A stretch of DNA of 64,000 bases from a virus (IMGVR_UViG_3300006735_000002:1-64000); one strand, 5' to 3'. Numbered from the stretch's first letter, positions 1 to 8,987 are shown. Made by a program: numbers and translations. The notes: generated by a model not told the origin, from the letters alone.

Positions 1-322
1 GCCGCATGTTGACCGAGCGGAACGCCCACTCCATCAAACCGTTGGTCGCACCTGCCAGGTCCTGGCTGTCCGGCGTCTGCGGCATCGCAGCGACCTGTGG
101 GTTTGGACCCAGCAGGCTGCTGATGGCAGTGTCGGTAATGGCGTAGATGAGGTTCTTCTGCGCGTACATCGAGGACATGCGCGCGTCGAGGGTGGCCCCC
201 TGCTTCTCGTACGTCTCCCAGAAATCACCACGGTAGTAGGACCGAGCACGATCGAAGTCGTTCTTCTCGTAGTCCTTGTAGTATGTGAGATGCTGCTCGA
301 TGAGGTCTTTCAGCTTGGCCAC
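1..322 (-). CDS. Probable portal protein, N-terminal ~107 aa (runs off the window edge)
   Basis: Not in the ORF track because it is truncated. GTG at 322 overlaps the TAG of the upstream gene and follows a GGAGG RBS. Translation MAKLKDLIEQHLTYYKDYEKNDFDRARSYYRGDFW...KNLIYAITDTAISSLLGPNPQVAAMP...GATNGLMEWAF resembles portal N-termini (YYxG; NxIxxxxDT...PxxxV). It lies downstream of TerL on the same strand. Confidence 0.65.
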   Translation of the reverse strand, partial: MAKLKDLIEQHLTYYKDYEKNDFDRARSYYRGDFWETYEKQGATLDARMSSMYAQKNLIYAITDTAISSLLGPNPQVAAMPQTPDSQDLAGATNGLMEWAFRSVNMR

Positions 323-1188
323 TACTGACCTCCTCGGGCTGACTCGTAAGCAGCCTCGGTGATAACTCCGTCGTCGTAAAGCGACTTCAGCTGTGTCGGA
401 GAGAGTTGCTTAGCGGTAGAGGGCTGAAGACGATCGTAGGGTAGCCCGGAAGACTTCAACCCATAGCGAAGACCGGCTTCAGTTCTTTGGCTCTGGTCAG
501 TTTCGTAGATTGACTGAACGCCTTTAGCAAACTCCGGCACGCCGGGAGGCGCCAATATGCCTACTACGTCGAGATCCCCTGTCGCGATCGCGGCTGCCGC
601 ATCTCCCAGTTTGCCGCCGAAAATCCCCCCCGCCGTCTGTGTGAGGTTTGCCTCGATTTTTTCGCGGTCTTTTTGGCTGATCTGGTTTGGGTTTCTGCTG
701 TAGCTGCGTCGAGGAGAAGGCGCGTAAACCCCTGGAGGCTTTGACGGTGGCGCGACAGTCGCGCGCGGGGCTGCGCCCGGGGCCGTTGGGAGAAGAGACG
801 GCGGTGAGGCCGGCGCCGGACTTTGCGCAGGAGCAACGGGGGTGGGTGCGCGGCGTGCGCTCGGGGACGCCGTCGAGCTCACTCCCCTGCTTGGCGGAGG
901 AGATGAGGGGCCGACGTTGGTCAGCAGCACAGACCCATCGGCTTGTTCAATAATCTGGCCGGACGACCTCCCCGGGTCTCCGGCAGACCTCGCCTGACCA
1001 AACGTAGTCAGGCTGCCAGGAGATACGCCGGGAGTTCCGAAGATATTGACGAGGTCCTGATCGCTAAGACTTTTTGTCCAGTCAACACCAGACGCTTCGG
1101 CCTGCGCGATTCGCGCGGCCAGGTCTTGTTCCGTGCGCTTCTGCTCGTAAGCACGCACGGCATCATCGTCAGAGAAGCGTTCGGCCAC
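322..1188 (-). CDS. Pro/Ser-rich hypothetical protein with C-terminal SHOCT-like motif
   Basis: 288-aa ORF abutting its neighbours; C-terminus LSPTQLKSLYDDGVITEAAYESAR. Confidence 0.7.
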   Translation of the reverse strand: MAERFSDDDAVRAYEQKRTEQDLAARIAQAEASGVDWTKSLSDQDLVNIFGTPGVSPGSLTTFGQARSAGDPGRSSGQIIEQADGSVLLTNVGPSSPPPSRGVSSTASPSARRAPTPVAPAQSPAPASPPSLLPTAPGAAPRATVAPPSKPPGVYAPSPRRSYSRNPNQISQKDREKIEANLTQTAGGIFGGKLGDAAAAIATGDLDVVGILAPPGVPEFAKGVQSIYETDQSQRTEAGLRYGLKSSGLPYDRLQPSTAKQLSPTQLKSLYDDGVITEAAYESARGGQ

Positions 1189-1557
1189 TCAATCCCCCAT
1201 TGACTTCAGAGCCGCCGCGATGTTCTGCAGGCGCACAGCCTGCCCGGCGTGCGTCTCAGAAGCCTTGCGGAGTTCTCCGACCATCTCGTCGATCTGACCA
1301 GACATGTCGTTGCTCACTTCCTCGGCGTGCTCCTCTCGGTGCATCTCGCCGGGTCCTTCGTATTCTTCTTCGTCGCCGAAGAACTCGTGCATGTACTTGT
1401 CGCCTTCCATGCACTCCATGCACTCACAGCCTGGAGGGTGAGAACCAGGGTCCTGCACGACCTCGAGAATCACGGCATCAGGGCCGAACTTCTCGAAGAT
1501 GTGCGCCATGAGGTCCTTGAGACCAACCAGGTCCTGCGAGTGCATGGGGTAGTTCAT
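1189..1557 (-). CDS. Acidic hypothetical protein with HxxxCxCxxC motif and C-terminal coiled coil
   Basis: 122-aa ORF with ATGA overlap with the upstream gene; HPPGCECMEC. Confidence 0.7.
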   Translation of the reverse strand: MNYPMHSQDLVGLKDLMAHIFEKFGPDAVILEVVQDPGSHPPGCECMECMEGDKYMHEFFGDEEEYEGPGEMHREEHAEEVSNDMSGQIDEMVGELRKASETHAGQAVRLQNIAAALKSMGD

Positions 1558-3296
1558 CGACGGTTCCGGCGGCTACGGAACATCGGAAACGCAGTGAGCC
1601 GCGGCTCCTCGTCCAGCTCAAGGTCTTCGTAGGCCTGAACATTATCAATGGGCATACGCCTTTCTGGTTCGGTATCGGCTTTGGTGGGGATGATCCGCAT
1701 GTCCTCGAACTCGTTAGCCGCAGCGTCGAAAACTCCTTCGTCGACACGTGTGATTCCTGCGCCAAACTCCGAGCCCGCTGCTGCCATGGGAGCCGCGGGC
1801 GCTGCCGCGGGCGTTGCTTCTCGCGCGGCAGACTCGGCCTGCTTGGCGCTAATCGCCGCTTCCATGGCCTTGTCCAGCGCCGTCTGAGTCTCTGGCCCAA
1901 CAATGCCGTCTACTTCGATTCCAGCCATGCGCTGGAAAGCTTCGACAGCCCCCTTCGTTTTATCGCCGTAGCTACCATCTGCCCCGAAACCCCCAAGGTC
2001 GAAGTTAACTCCGGGGCTTAGCGAGCTCAACGCGCTCAACTTACGCTGGACCTCCTGTACGCCAGCTCCGCGAGAGCCCATCATCAGATTACCGGTGCTT
2101 CCGCCCCCAACTTTGGGCCGCTCGGCGTTGATCTCAATATCTTCAAGAATAATCTTGTCTCTTGCCGCGGGCGCTTCCCCAGGAGGCACGTAGTCCGGGA
2201 TTCGTTCGTCGCCAGGCGCGCGGTACGCGTCGAGGACGCTCTGGTCGATGACACCCTCGTCGCGAAGCTTCTCGAGCTGGTAGTAGTTGAGGTTTTTGCT
2301 CAACGACTGCATGTTGACGTCGCGAATGCCCAGAGTCTTGTTTCGCGAACGAGGGCCTGCGGTGTAGCGCAGCTGCTCCACTACGTCCTGGGTCTTTGCC
2401 AGCTCGTTAACGGCCAGCGCAGTACCACCTAGAGCAAGCAAGGGCGCCGCTACTGCGGACCCCACCGCACCGAGCCCCGAGGCGAGGCCCGAAGTGAGCC
2501 CCGCGGTCTCTGCGGCAGCTGCTCCGCCAGCAAGAACCGGGAGAAGAGGTGCGACTCTTTGTGCCTGTGTGGCGGCTGCCCGCGCCTGAGGAGCGGCTTT
2601 TCTCACCGTAGGTAGCGCTCTTCGCGCGGAGTCAACTGCTCCACCCGCCACTCGCTGTGCTTGTGCGGAGGCCTGCTGGGCACCTTGCTGCGCCTGCGCA
2701 AAAGATGGCCCGGTGTTTGCTTCGAGAAGTCGCTGCGCCGGAGCAGCCGCTTGCTGGGTACGCACAAGCGCCTGTGTGGCATACGGGTTGTTTGGAACCT
2801 GCCGCGCGGCCTGCGCGGCGACCTGCTGGGCGCCCCGCTGTACTTCCGCGAGCACGGGCTGTACCTGCTGAGTGACTCGGACAAGCGCCTGCGTAGGCGA
2901 GTTCGCTTCAATCTGCCGAAAACCTGCCTGATTCAGCGCACCCGCGAGGTTGGACATGTTGGTTCCGAAAGGTCCTCGTACCAGCTGATCTACCGCCTGT
3001 GCGGGCTTCATCCCTCGGTCGATGAGCGTTGCCACTCTCAGGGCCGCCTGACGAGTAGCCTCGTTGTTTGCATTTCGCAGTGCCTGCTGTGCGGCTGCCC
3101 CCGTGGGCCGAGCGAAGTCAAACGTCATCTGAACGCGATCGCCCAACATCGCCATGGCTTCCTGTAGGGCGGCGCCCTGTCTTGGATTCTGCGCGGCGCG
3201 GGCTAGCGCTTCCTGACCTGCCTTGATGTCGGAGTACGTCACCATTGAAATGTCACGGACAAATCCGTCGATTGCAGGAAATGTGGGGAGGGCCAT
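1554..3296 (-). CDS. Ala/Gln-rich protein with hydrophobic segment and PG_binding_1-type peptidoglycan-binding domain (putative virion/ejection protein)
   Basis: RBS AAGGAG; LMMGSRGAGVQEVQRKL...ADGSYGDKTKGAVEAFQRMAGIEVDGIVGPETQTAL matches the PG_binding_1 pattern; internal repeats TQALVR and QxGAQQxxAQA. Confidence 0.8.
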   Translation of the reverse strand: MALPTFPAIDGFVRDISMVTYSDIKAGQEALARAAQNPRQGAALQEAMAMLGDRVQMTFDFARPTGAAAQQALRNANNEATRQAALRVATLIDRGMKPAQAVDQLVRGPFGTNMSNLAGALNQAGFRQIEANSPTQALVRVTQQVQPVLAEVQRGAQQVAAQAARQVPNNPYATQALVRTQQAAAPAQRLLEANTGPSFAQAQQGAQQASAQAQRVAGGAVDSARRALPTVRKAAPQARAAATQAQRVAPLLPVLAGGAAAAETAGLTSGLASGLGAVGSAVAAPLLALGGTALAVNELAKTQDVVEQLRYTAGPRSRNKTLGIRDVNMQSLSKNLNYYQLEKLRDEGVIDQSVLDAYRAPGDERIPDYVPPGEAPAARDKIILEDIEINAERPKVGGGSTGNLMMGSRGAGVQEVQRKLSALSSLSPGVNFDLGGFGADGSYGDKTKGAVEAFQRMAGIEVDGIVGPETQTALDKAMEAAISAKQAESAAREATPAAAPAAPMAAAGSEFGAGITRVDEGVFDAAANEFEDMRIIPTKADTEPERRMPIDNVQAYEDLELDEEPRLTAFPMFRSRRNRR

Positions 3297-3358
3297 TTCG
3301 AAACTCCTTAGGCCTTACGGCTCTTGCTTTTTGCGCGCTTGGCGAGGGGTATCATCTG

Positions 3359-4219
3359 TTATCGAAGATTTGTCGGCTTGGCGTTGAAGCGGGAAAACAT
3401 GCCCAGCGCAGGCGCGTTTGGATCGTCGGCAAAATGTGCTGAGAGCTTTTCCAGGCTACTACCCAAGAGCAGATCTCGTGCGTAGCCTTCCAGCAACCCT
3501 CTGTCGTACATGTCGTTAATGGCCGCATCGGACAGATTTGCCTGCATCAACGCTTCGAACTCGGGAGAGTCATGTGTCACAACTTCGACGATCTCTTCCG
3601 GGGTTACTCCATCGGCCCTAAAGCGCGTCGTAGTGATGGGCCCTGAATCTCCTGCGGGCGCCGGAGCAGACTGCTCGGCGGCGTATTTCCGAGCGGCTTC
3701 GGCGTTTGCTGCCATCTGCACTTCCCGCAGCTCCCTCATTGTGTCGTCGCCGACAAGCCCGTCCGGGTACAAGCCCCTGTCCTTCTGAAATGCCTTGACT
3801 GCCGCCGTGGTCTGTGGACCAAAGTCCCCGTCACTGCGGCCTTTGTAGAAACCTTGCTCTTGCAGGAAATCCTGCAGGATACTTACGTCTTGGCCTACAG
3901 CCTTCTCTGCGAGAAACACTGGTGCGAGCTTCTTCTTGGTCGTGGTCGTGGCCGTGGTCTTGGCCTTGGCCGCGGCAGCCCTACCCTGAGGTGACGTCTC
4001 GTAGCCTGCCATGATGTCTTCTGTCGTCGGAGTAGTCGTCGGAATACCGAAGAGGTTGCGTGGGGCGTTCCGGGCCGCCATTACGCGGTTTTCGCCAGCC
4101 TTCGTCTTGTCCGCCTTCGTGCCGTTATACCTGGCGATCTTGTTAATCGACTCATCGGTAAAGGTGAGTTCCATGCCGTCATCTGCGTCGCGGCGGCTTG
4201 TGATATTTCCTCGAGCCAT
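3359..4219 (-). CDS. Protein with PG_binding_1-type peptidoglycan-binding domain
   Basis: Start moved to ATG 4219 (RBS GAGGAG); GQDVSILQDFLQEQGFYKGRSDGDFGPQTTAAVKAFQKDRGLYPDGLVGDDTMREL. Confidence 0.8.
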   Translation of the reverse strand: MARGNITSRRDADDGMELTFTDESINKIARYNGTKADKTKAGENRVMAARNAPRNLFGIPTTTPTTEDIMAGYETSPQGRAAAAKAKTTATTTTKKKLAPVFLAEKAVGQDVSILQDFLQEQGFYKGRSDGDFGPQTTAAVKAFQKDRGLYPDGLVGDDTMRELREVQMAANAEAARKYAAEQSAPAPAGDSGPITTTRFRADGVTPEEIVEVVTHDSPEFEALMQANLSDAAINDMYDRGLLEGYARDLLLGSSLEKLSAHFADDPNAPALGMFSRFNAKPTNLR

Positions 4220-4230
4220 ATTAAAACTCC

Positions 4231-4380
4231 TCAACCCTTACGGGTTGTGCGTTTACGACCAGAGGCGGCCATGTCAGACATTTTCTTCGAGCCGTCGGGC
4301 TTCATGGACTTGCCCTTGTACTCGTCTGCGATCTTCTGCTTCGCGGACTCGTAGTCTTTCTTGGGGGTCTTAGAAGCCAT
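4231..4380 (-). CDS. Small basic protein (49 aa)
   Basis: Below the ORF-track cutoff; MASKTPKKDYESAKQKIADEYKGKSMKPDGSKKMSDMAASGRKRTTRKG fills the gap between TerL and the next gene, with GAGGT RBS. Confidence 0.6.
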   Translation of the reverse strand: MASKTPKKDYESAKQKIADEYKGKSMKPDGSKKMSDMAASGRKRTTRKG

Positions 4381-4382
4381 GC

Positions 4383-6026
4383 TTACCTCATCTTCGGCAC
4401 AGAGAAGGGAGACTCCTGCCGACTGCGCCGCATGGTATCACGCTTGCGGTTGAACAGCCCAAAGGGGATTTGGCCTGGCTTGACCTCCTGCAGGAGCTCT
4501 TCGTCGTCGTTCTGTCTGCGTGCGGCACGCCGGTCGTTGTAGCGCTTGACCTTCACCAACATGTCTGCGGCCATGACGTACGTGCGGGCACGGTCGAAGT
4601 GGTGCCCCGAGTCATCGTCGCCCCTTTCTCGGCGGCTGAAATCACCGTCGTAGCGGAGCAGCTGCTGCAGCCCTGAGCGTGAGCGAATGATGAGGTCATC
4701 CTCACGGAGCAGCCGGACAAGCGCGAACTCAGCCTGGGCGATGCGCTTGTGCGTCGCGTACCAGCCGGGCTGACGCTTACTATAGGTAATCTTCACGTTC
4801 ATCTCGCGCAGCGCAGTGATGCAGCCCGCGTGGTTCGACTCCACGACGGCGCGAGCGTTGTTGTAGCGCTGGCAGACCAGCTGAATGCGTACAGCAAAGC
4901 GGTCAGGTGACTCACGCCCAGACCAGACCGCCACCTCTCGCAAGTCGTCTTTGTGAAACACAGTTAGCGCTGCGGGGTCACCCACGCTGCCGAAGCCGGT
5001 CGGGTCTGCGTAGACCTCGTAGGTCTGCCCTTTGATCGGCGCCTCGAACTCTCCGCAGCCGTAGCTGCCTTCGGTCGGGTCTTCGACAGCGGTCTCAAGC
5101 AGGGTGCGCAGCACTTCCTCGGGCATCATCGGGCGCTGGCTGCCGATCCAACCGTCGTACGGGTCGCACGGGTACTTCGAAGAGAACAGCCGAGTGTCTC
5201 CGACGAACTCTGACCGCAGGCGTGTTCGCATGAAGAAGAGGTTCTCGAGGTCCATGCCCGGACGTTTGCCCATGTAGTCGAGCTCATCCTCGGTCGGGAG
5301 GAAGCTCTTGGGCACCGGCAGCCGACAGGTCTCGTCCTTCCACCACTCGAGGAACAGCGGGAAGAACTGTCCGTCCCGTCGGAGGGCCTCATGCCACATG
5401 CGCTCATGGTAGGAGCCTGCTCGGCCTGGCGTGCTTTCAACGACCAGCTTTGCGTTCGGTCGCTTGTTGATGCCCGGGAACAGGTTGATGATGGCCTTCT
5501 GCTGGTGGATGGCCTCACCGAGCTCCGTGATGTGCAGCCGGTCGATGGAGTGACCGACAGCGGGGGCTCGCCCTTCGAGTGATTTGATGATGATGTTGCC
5601 GCCGTGGATGAACTCGAGCTCCTTCTTGGAGCCCTTGCTTCCTGCGGCCAGCGGCATCTTGACCGGCTCTGGCAGGTTCTCGTAGGCGAAGCGCAGACGC
5701 TTGAACGCCATCTCCGCGGTGGCGTTGGTGTCGGCGATGAGCATGCCGGCGATGCCCTGCAGGTACATGCAGTCGCGCAGCAGCAGGTGCATGAGCGTGA
5801 TGGTCGTGATCTTCGCCTGACGGTACTTCGTCACGAAGGTCCAACGATTCGCCTCGATGGCGCGCAGGGTCCGCACCTGTGCCCGGGTCGGGTTCAGGTA
5901 TCCGGTGCTCTCGTCTTCTCGGACGATCTTGCACATGCTGACGAACGCTTCAGGGACACTGAACATCTGATGGACAGCCGCTGCATCCATGTGAGGGGCA
6001 ACGACAATCTGAGCGCCCTGTCGCAT
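4383..6026 (-). CDS. terL: Terminase large subunit
   Basis: Adenine-binding motif LNPTRAQ, Walker A KYRQAKITT, Walker B LHITE, coupling motif VESTP, nuclease motifs YADPTG...D, VVESN and HFDR. Confidence 0.9.
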   Translation of the reverse strand: MRQGAQIVVAPHMDAAAVHQMFSVPEAFVSMCKIVREDESTGYLNPTRAQVRTLRAIEANRWTFVTKYRQAKITTITLMHLLLRDCMYLQGIAGMLIADTNATAEMAFKRLRFAYENLPEPVKMPLAAGSKGSKKELEFIHGGNIIIKSLEGRAPAVGHSIDRLHITELGEAIHQQKAIINLFPGINKRPNAKLVVESTPGRAGSYHERMWHEALRRDGQFFPLFLEWWKDETCRLPVPKSFLPTEDELDYMGKRPGMDLENLFFMRTRLRSEFVGDTRLFSSKYPCDPYDGWIGSQRPMMPEEVLRTLLETAVEDPTEGSYGCGEFEAPIKGQTYEVYADPTGFGSVGDPAALTVFHKDDLREVAVWSGRESPDRFAVRIQLVCQRYNNARAVVESNHAGCITALREMNVKITYSKRQPGWYATHKRIAQAEFALVRLLREDDLIIRSRSGLQQLLRYDGDFSRRERGDDDSGHHFDRARTYVMAADMLVKVKRYNDRRAARRQNDDEELLQEVKPGQIPFGLFNRKRDTMRRSRQESPFSVPKMR

Positions 6027-6060
6027 GTCAAACGCCTGTGTTCGAGTTTGTCACGAAATG

Positions 6061-6303
6061 TCATGTCAGGAGAGAACTGCCTCTATCAGACATGACCTGT
6101 TCTGCGCGCCATGTCTGTGCCCTTCTCTCGAATACTTCGAGGCCAAAGTCCACAAGCGCGCGAAGCACCTCAGAGCGGGTCACGTCGTCAGGCTCCGTGC
6201 GGCGACCAATCACTTCAGCCGCCACGTAGTCCCGAAGACAGTCAACACGGTCAGAAGTGCCCCGGTCGTACCGAGCTGCGATGTACTCTCTCTTGCGTCC
6301 CAT
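6061..6303 (-). CDS. Ribbon-helix-helix (Arc/CopG-like) DNA-binding protein
   Basis: N-terminal beta-strand YIAARYD and helix B VTRSEVLRALVDFGL; RBS AGGAGG; located at the divergence point of the two late operons. Confidence 0.6.
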   Translation of the reverse strand: MGRKREYIAARYDRGTSDRVDCLRDYVAAEVIGRRTEPDDVTRSEVLRALVDFGLEVFERRAQTWRAEQVMSDRGSSLLT

Positions 6304-6318
6304 AGGACCTCCTACGGG

Positions 6319-6327
6319 ACCGTATCA
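6319..6327 (-). promoter_or_regulatory. Extended -10 promoter element TGATACGGT for the RHH/terL operon
   Basis: TGnTAnnnT just upstream of the RBS; same motif family as seven other gene-upstream sites. Confidence 0.5.
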
Positions 6328-6398
6328 CAAGCAGAACACATGCGCGACGCGGGAGCTTCGCGCCCAGTAGACTCTCCCCACCTTACAAGGAGGCACCC

Positions 6399-7088
6399 AT
6401 GCCGCTCATTCGCCAGGAAGAAATCTACCCCGCCGCTCAGTACCCCTGGGCACAGGCCGTTCAGATGGTCGCAAACGGCGCCGTCTCGCGTAACGACCTT
6501 GTCGCTGTCAACGCGGTCGCCGCTACGGGCAGCGTTATTCCGAAGGCTATCGCCGCGGATTCTACGGTTGTGCTTCGTCGTGCTGGCGTGATCATGGTCG
6601 CGACCGGAGCTGCCGCTGACGGAGAGTCTTTCCTGGCGGTGCCTTGGGTCGTGCTCACCAACGTGGACACCAGCAGCGGCACCGCAGGTGCCCCCGTCTA
6701 CCTCAGCACCGGTGGCGACTTCACCAAGACCAAGCCCACCGCCGCAGGCGCTGTCGTCGTCCCGGTCGGCTCCATCATGGTTGTCGGCTCGGGCACCACT
6801 GACGGCACCGTTATGCTGAACCCCGGCGCAGCCATGTCTACTGGGCTTGTCAAGGGAGGCCAGTTCACCGTGGCGTCGGGATCGGCGACGGGCACCGTAG
6901 CAATCGGCTCGGACTTCGGCGGAGGAATCGCCGTCGCCACTTTTGCTGAGGCACCCACCAGCTCGGTGACGATCGCTCATGCCGCTGTCAGCGGTGGAAC
7001 GCTTACGGTCACGTTGAGCGGTACCCCCGGAGGAAGCGGCGTCAAGGTCAACTACATCGTGTACGCCGCCGCGGCTGCTGCAATCTGA
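6399..7088 (+). CDS. Capsid decoration/cement-like protein (DUF2190-like fold)
   Basis: RBS AGGAGG; Gly/Ala/Thr/Val-rich with the GAPVYLSTGG.FTKT.P motif typical of such proteins; adjacent to the MCP. Confidence 0.6.
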   Translation: MPLIRQEEIYPAAQYPWAQAVQMVANGAVSRNDLVAVNAVAATGSVIPKAIAADSTVVLRRAGVIMVATGAAADGESFLAVPWVVLTNVDTSSGTAGAPVYLSTGGDFTKTKPTAAGAVVVPVGSIMVVGSGTTDGTVMLNPGAAMSTGLVKGGQFTVASGSATGTVAIGSDFGGGIAVATFAEAPTSSVTIAHAAVSGGTLTVTLSGTPGGSGVKVNYIVYAAAAAAI

Positions 7089-7147
7089 TTCTGCGGCAGT
7101 GATCGCGTCACTGGCAGGTTGCTCCGCCAAACGCGAGAACTGACCGC

Positions 7148-7197
7148 TGCCCCCGTTCCTCCCACCTACTCCGGGGGGGCGGGGGCACTTTCGTTTA
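7148..7197 (+). terminator. GC-rich hairpin followed by T-rich tail
   Basis: TGCCCCCGTTCCTCC...GGGGGGGCGGGGGCA then CTTTCGTTT. Confidence 0.55.
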
Positions 7198-7200
7198 CTA

Positions 7201-7230
7201 TTGACACGTATAGAACACGGTTGATATACA
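7201..7230 (+). promoter_or_regulatory. Sigma70-like promoter for the major capsid gene
   Basis: TTGACA (7201-7206), 18-nt spacer, TG-A-TATACA (7222-7230). Confidence 0.55.
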
Positions 7231-7353
7231 AACTGCACGCACCCAGTGTTCGAGAGCGGGCAGCCGAAAGGTCCGACAAGACAGGTCCTGGGCAGGCGTA
7301 GAAAGTCGTTTACTACTCCGCTCAAACCATCTGCCTTAGCGCAGGAGAACACC

Positions 7354-8427
7354 GTGGCTATTTCTACCGAGGTCCTGAACACGACCTACCGACAGCTGAA
7401 GGGTCCGCTGATTGACACCTTCATGCGTCGTACGCCCTTTCTCGACACGCTCATGAAGAGCAACCGTGTCCGCCAGAACATCGACGGCGGCACGACCATC
7501 GAGCGCGCAATCATGACCGGCTCGCCGGCTCAGGGTCGCGGCATCTACAACGGCACCGAGCTGCTGAACCTCACCCGCAACAAGCGGACTGAGCAGCTCA
7601 AGGTCGAGCCGCACCGGCTCGCCGCTGCCATCGCCATCCCGAACCGCGAGCTCGCGCAGAACGATGGCCCCCTCGCCGTCATGCGCCTCATCGAGAAGTA
7701 CCCGGAGGCTTTCATGAAGTCGACGGACCGCTGCCTCGAGAGCTTCTTCCTGAGCGGTGCTGCTCCGACGGGCAACCACTCGTTCAACACGACCGCACTC
7801 TCCGGGTTCCTGACCCTGAACGGCCTGTTCGCGGGCGGTACCCTCACCGGCACCACCAACGGTCTTCTGGACTTCCTTGAGCCCTCGGCACAGTCGGGCG
7901 TCGCCAACACGGTGCAGTCCCTCGAGAAGAGTGAGGCCAAGTTCTACTACAACCAGTACAAGTCCATCTCTTCTTGGACCGCTGAAGGTCTGAAGAAGCT
8001 GGGTCAGGTCATCCGCCTCTGCGGTCACTACGGCGTTGAGGGTTCCCCGACCCTCGGCTTCATGGACCCCGACTCGATGACCAACCTCGAAGACAGCAAG
8101 CGCGGCCACGTTCGTGTCCAGCTGGTTGACGACGAGCAGGAGAAGTCGGATCTCCACACCATCACTCACAACGGTGTGACGTTCCACGAGTCCCTTGACC
8201 TCGATCGTACCCTCTCGGTGTTCAACACCACGGCTATGGCCAACGGTGGCGGCTACGTCCTGAACCCCGCGTACTTCGAGTTCAGCGTCCTTCAGGAGGC
8301 CGAGCTTTCGGACTTCGAGGACATGATCGCTTCCCAGGACGTGGTCGTCTCGAAGTTCCAGTTCCACGCCAACCTCATCTGCACCAACCTCGTTGCTCAG
8401 GGCTGCTTCAGCGGCTCGGCACTCTGA
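7354..8427 (+). CDS. Major capsid protein
   Basis: GTG start after AGGAG; strong codon bias; LNTTYRQL...IDTFMRRTPFLDTL...DGGTTIE..I.TG N-terminus and F.F.ANL.C.N...QG C-terminus typical of a large family of HK97-fold MCPs; flanked by cement genes and terminators. Confidence 0.85.
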   Translation: MAISTEVLNTTYRQLKGPLIDTFMRRTPFLDTLMKSNRVRQNIDGGTTIERAIMTGSPAQGRGIYNGTELLNLTRNKRTEQLKVEPHRLAAAIAIPNRELAQNDGPLAVMRLIEKYPEAFMKSTDRCLESFFLSGAAPTGNHSFNTTALSGFLTLNGLFAGGTLTGTTNGLLDFLEPSAQSGVANTVQSLEKSEAKFYYNQYKSISSWTAEGLKKLGQVIRLCGHYGVEGSPTLGFMDPDSMTNLEDSKRGHVRVQLVDDEQEKSDLHTITHNGVTFHESLDLDRTLSVFNTTAMANGGGYVLNPAYFEFSVLQEAELSDFEDMIASQDVVVSKFQFHANLICTNLVAQGCFSGSAL

Positions 8428-8439
8428 TAGGAGGCTACT

Positions 8440-8922
8440 ATGCCTGTTACACGCGCATTTCCTGATGCAGTCACCACCGTAGACGCCACTGAGCAGTACG
8501 AACCAGGCACTGAGTGGCCCATGGACGCTGGCGAGGCCGAGGCTCTCGACAGCACCGTTCAGGGGCCCCAGCGGTGGGTTTACATCAAGTCGGGTGCAAC
8601 CATCGTTGAAGGCAATCTTATCGGCATCAAGGACGCAACGGCTGATTACGAAGGTGTCTTGATGCCGGCTAACGCGCCTCTCGGTCGTTTGATCGGTGTC
8701 GCTCAGCACGCGATTGCTTCGGGCAGTTACGGGTGGATTCTTCAGAAGGGTTTCGGCGAGGTGCTTGCTGACGCTGGCACCATTACCGCCAGCCAGGCTC
8801 TCATCACAGGCGACGCTGACGGTAAGGCTGACAGCTCTGCGACGCAGATGGACGCGACCTTCGGGTACGCGACCGAAGGTGCGGCTGAAGACGCTCTCGC
8901 AACCTGCTTCATCAACATCTGA
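8440..8922 (+). CDS. Capsid cement/decoration protein
   Basis: RBS GGAGG; RWVYIKSG...IGVAQHAIASGSYGWILQKG motif; immediately after the MCP. Confidence 0.7.
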   Translation: MPVTRAFPDAVTTVDATEQYEPGTEWPMDAGEAEALDSTVQGPQRWVYIKSGATIVEGNLIGIKDATADYEGVLMPANAPLGRLIGVAQHAIASGSYGWILQKGFGEVLADAGTITASQALITGDADGKADSSATQMDATFGYATEGAAEDALATCFINI

Positions 8923-8938
8923 CCCACTCCAGGTCAAC

Positions 8939-8973
8939 AACGCCCTCGTCAGCCTCGTGCTGGCGGGGGCGTT
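8939..8973 (+). terminator. Hairpin ending the capsid transcript
   Basis: AACGCCCTCGTCAGC-CTCGT-GCTGGCGGGGGCGTT; weak U-tail. Confidence 0.55.
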
Positions 8974-8975
8974 CT

Positions 8976-8987
8976 GCGTGATACACT
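8976..8987 (+). promoter_or_regulatory. Extended -10 promoter GCGTGATACACT
   Basis: Identical 12-mer also at 10722-10733; intergenic, upstream of the adaptor gene. Confidence 0.6.

Noticed and set aside
1554-4219. PG-binding proteins as the endolysin/lysis cassette
   Set aside because: No amidase, peptidase or glycosidase catalytic motif is recognisable and there is no adjacent holin or spanin; lysis genes could not be identified in this window.
7336-8940. 534-aa antisense ORF over the capsid genes, and similar long antisense ORFs (e.g. 25636-27021, 27133-28887, 48605-49765, 54983-56482, 57335-58492)
   Set aside because: Shadow ORFs produced by high GC3 codon bias of the real genes; no RBS or protein motifs.
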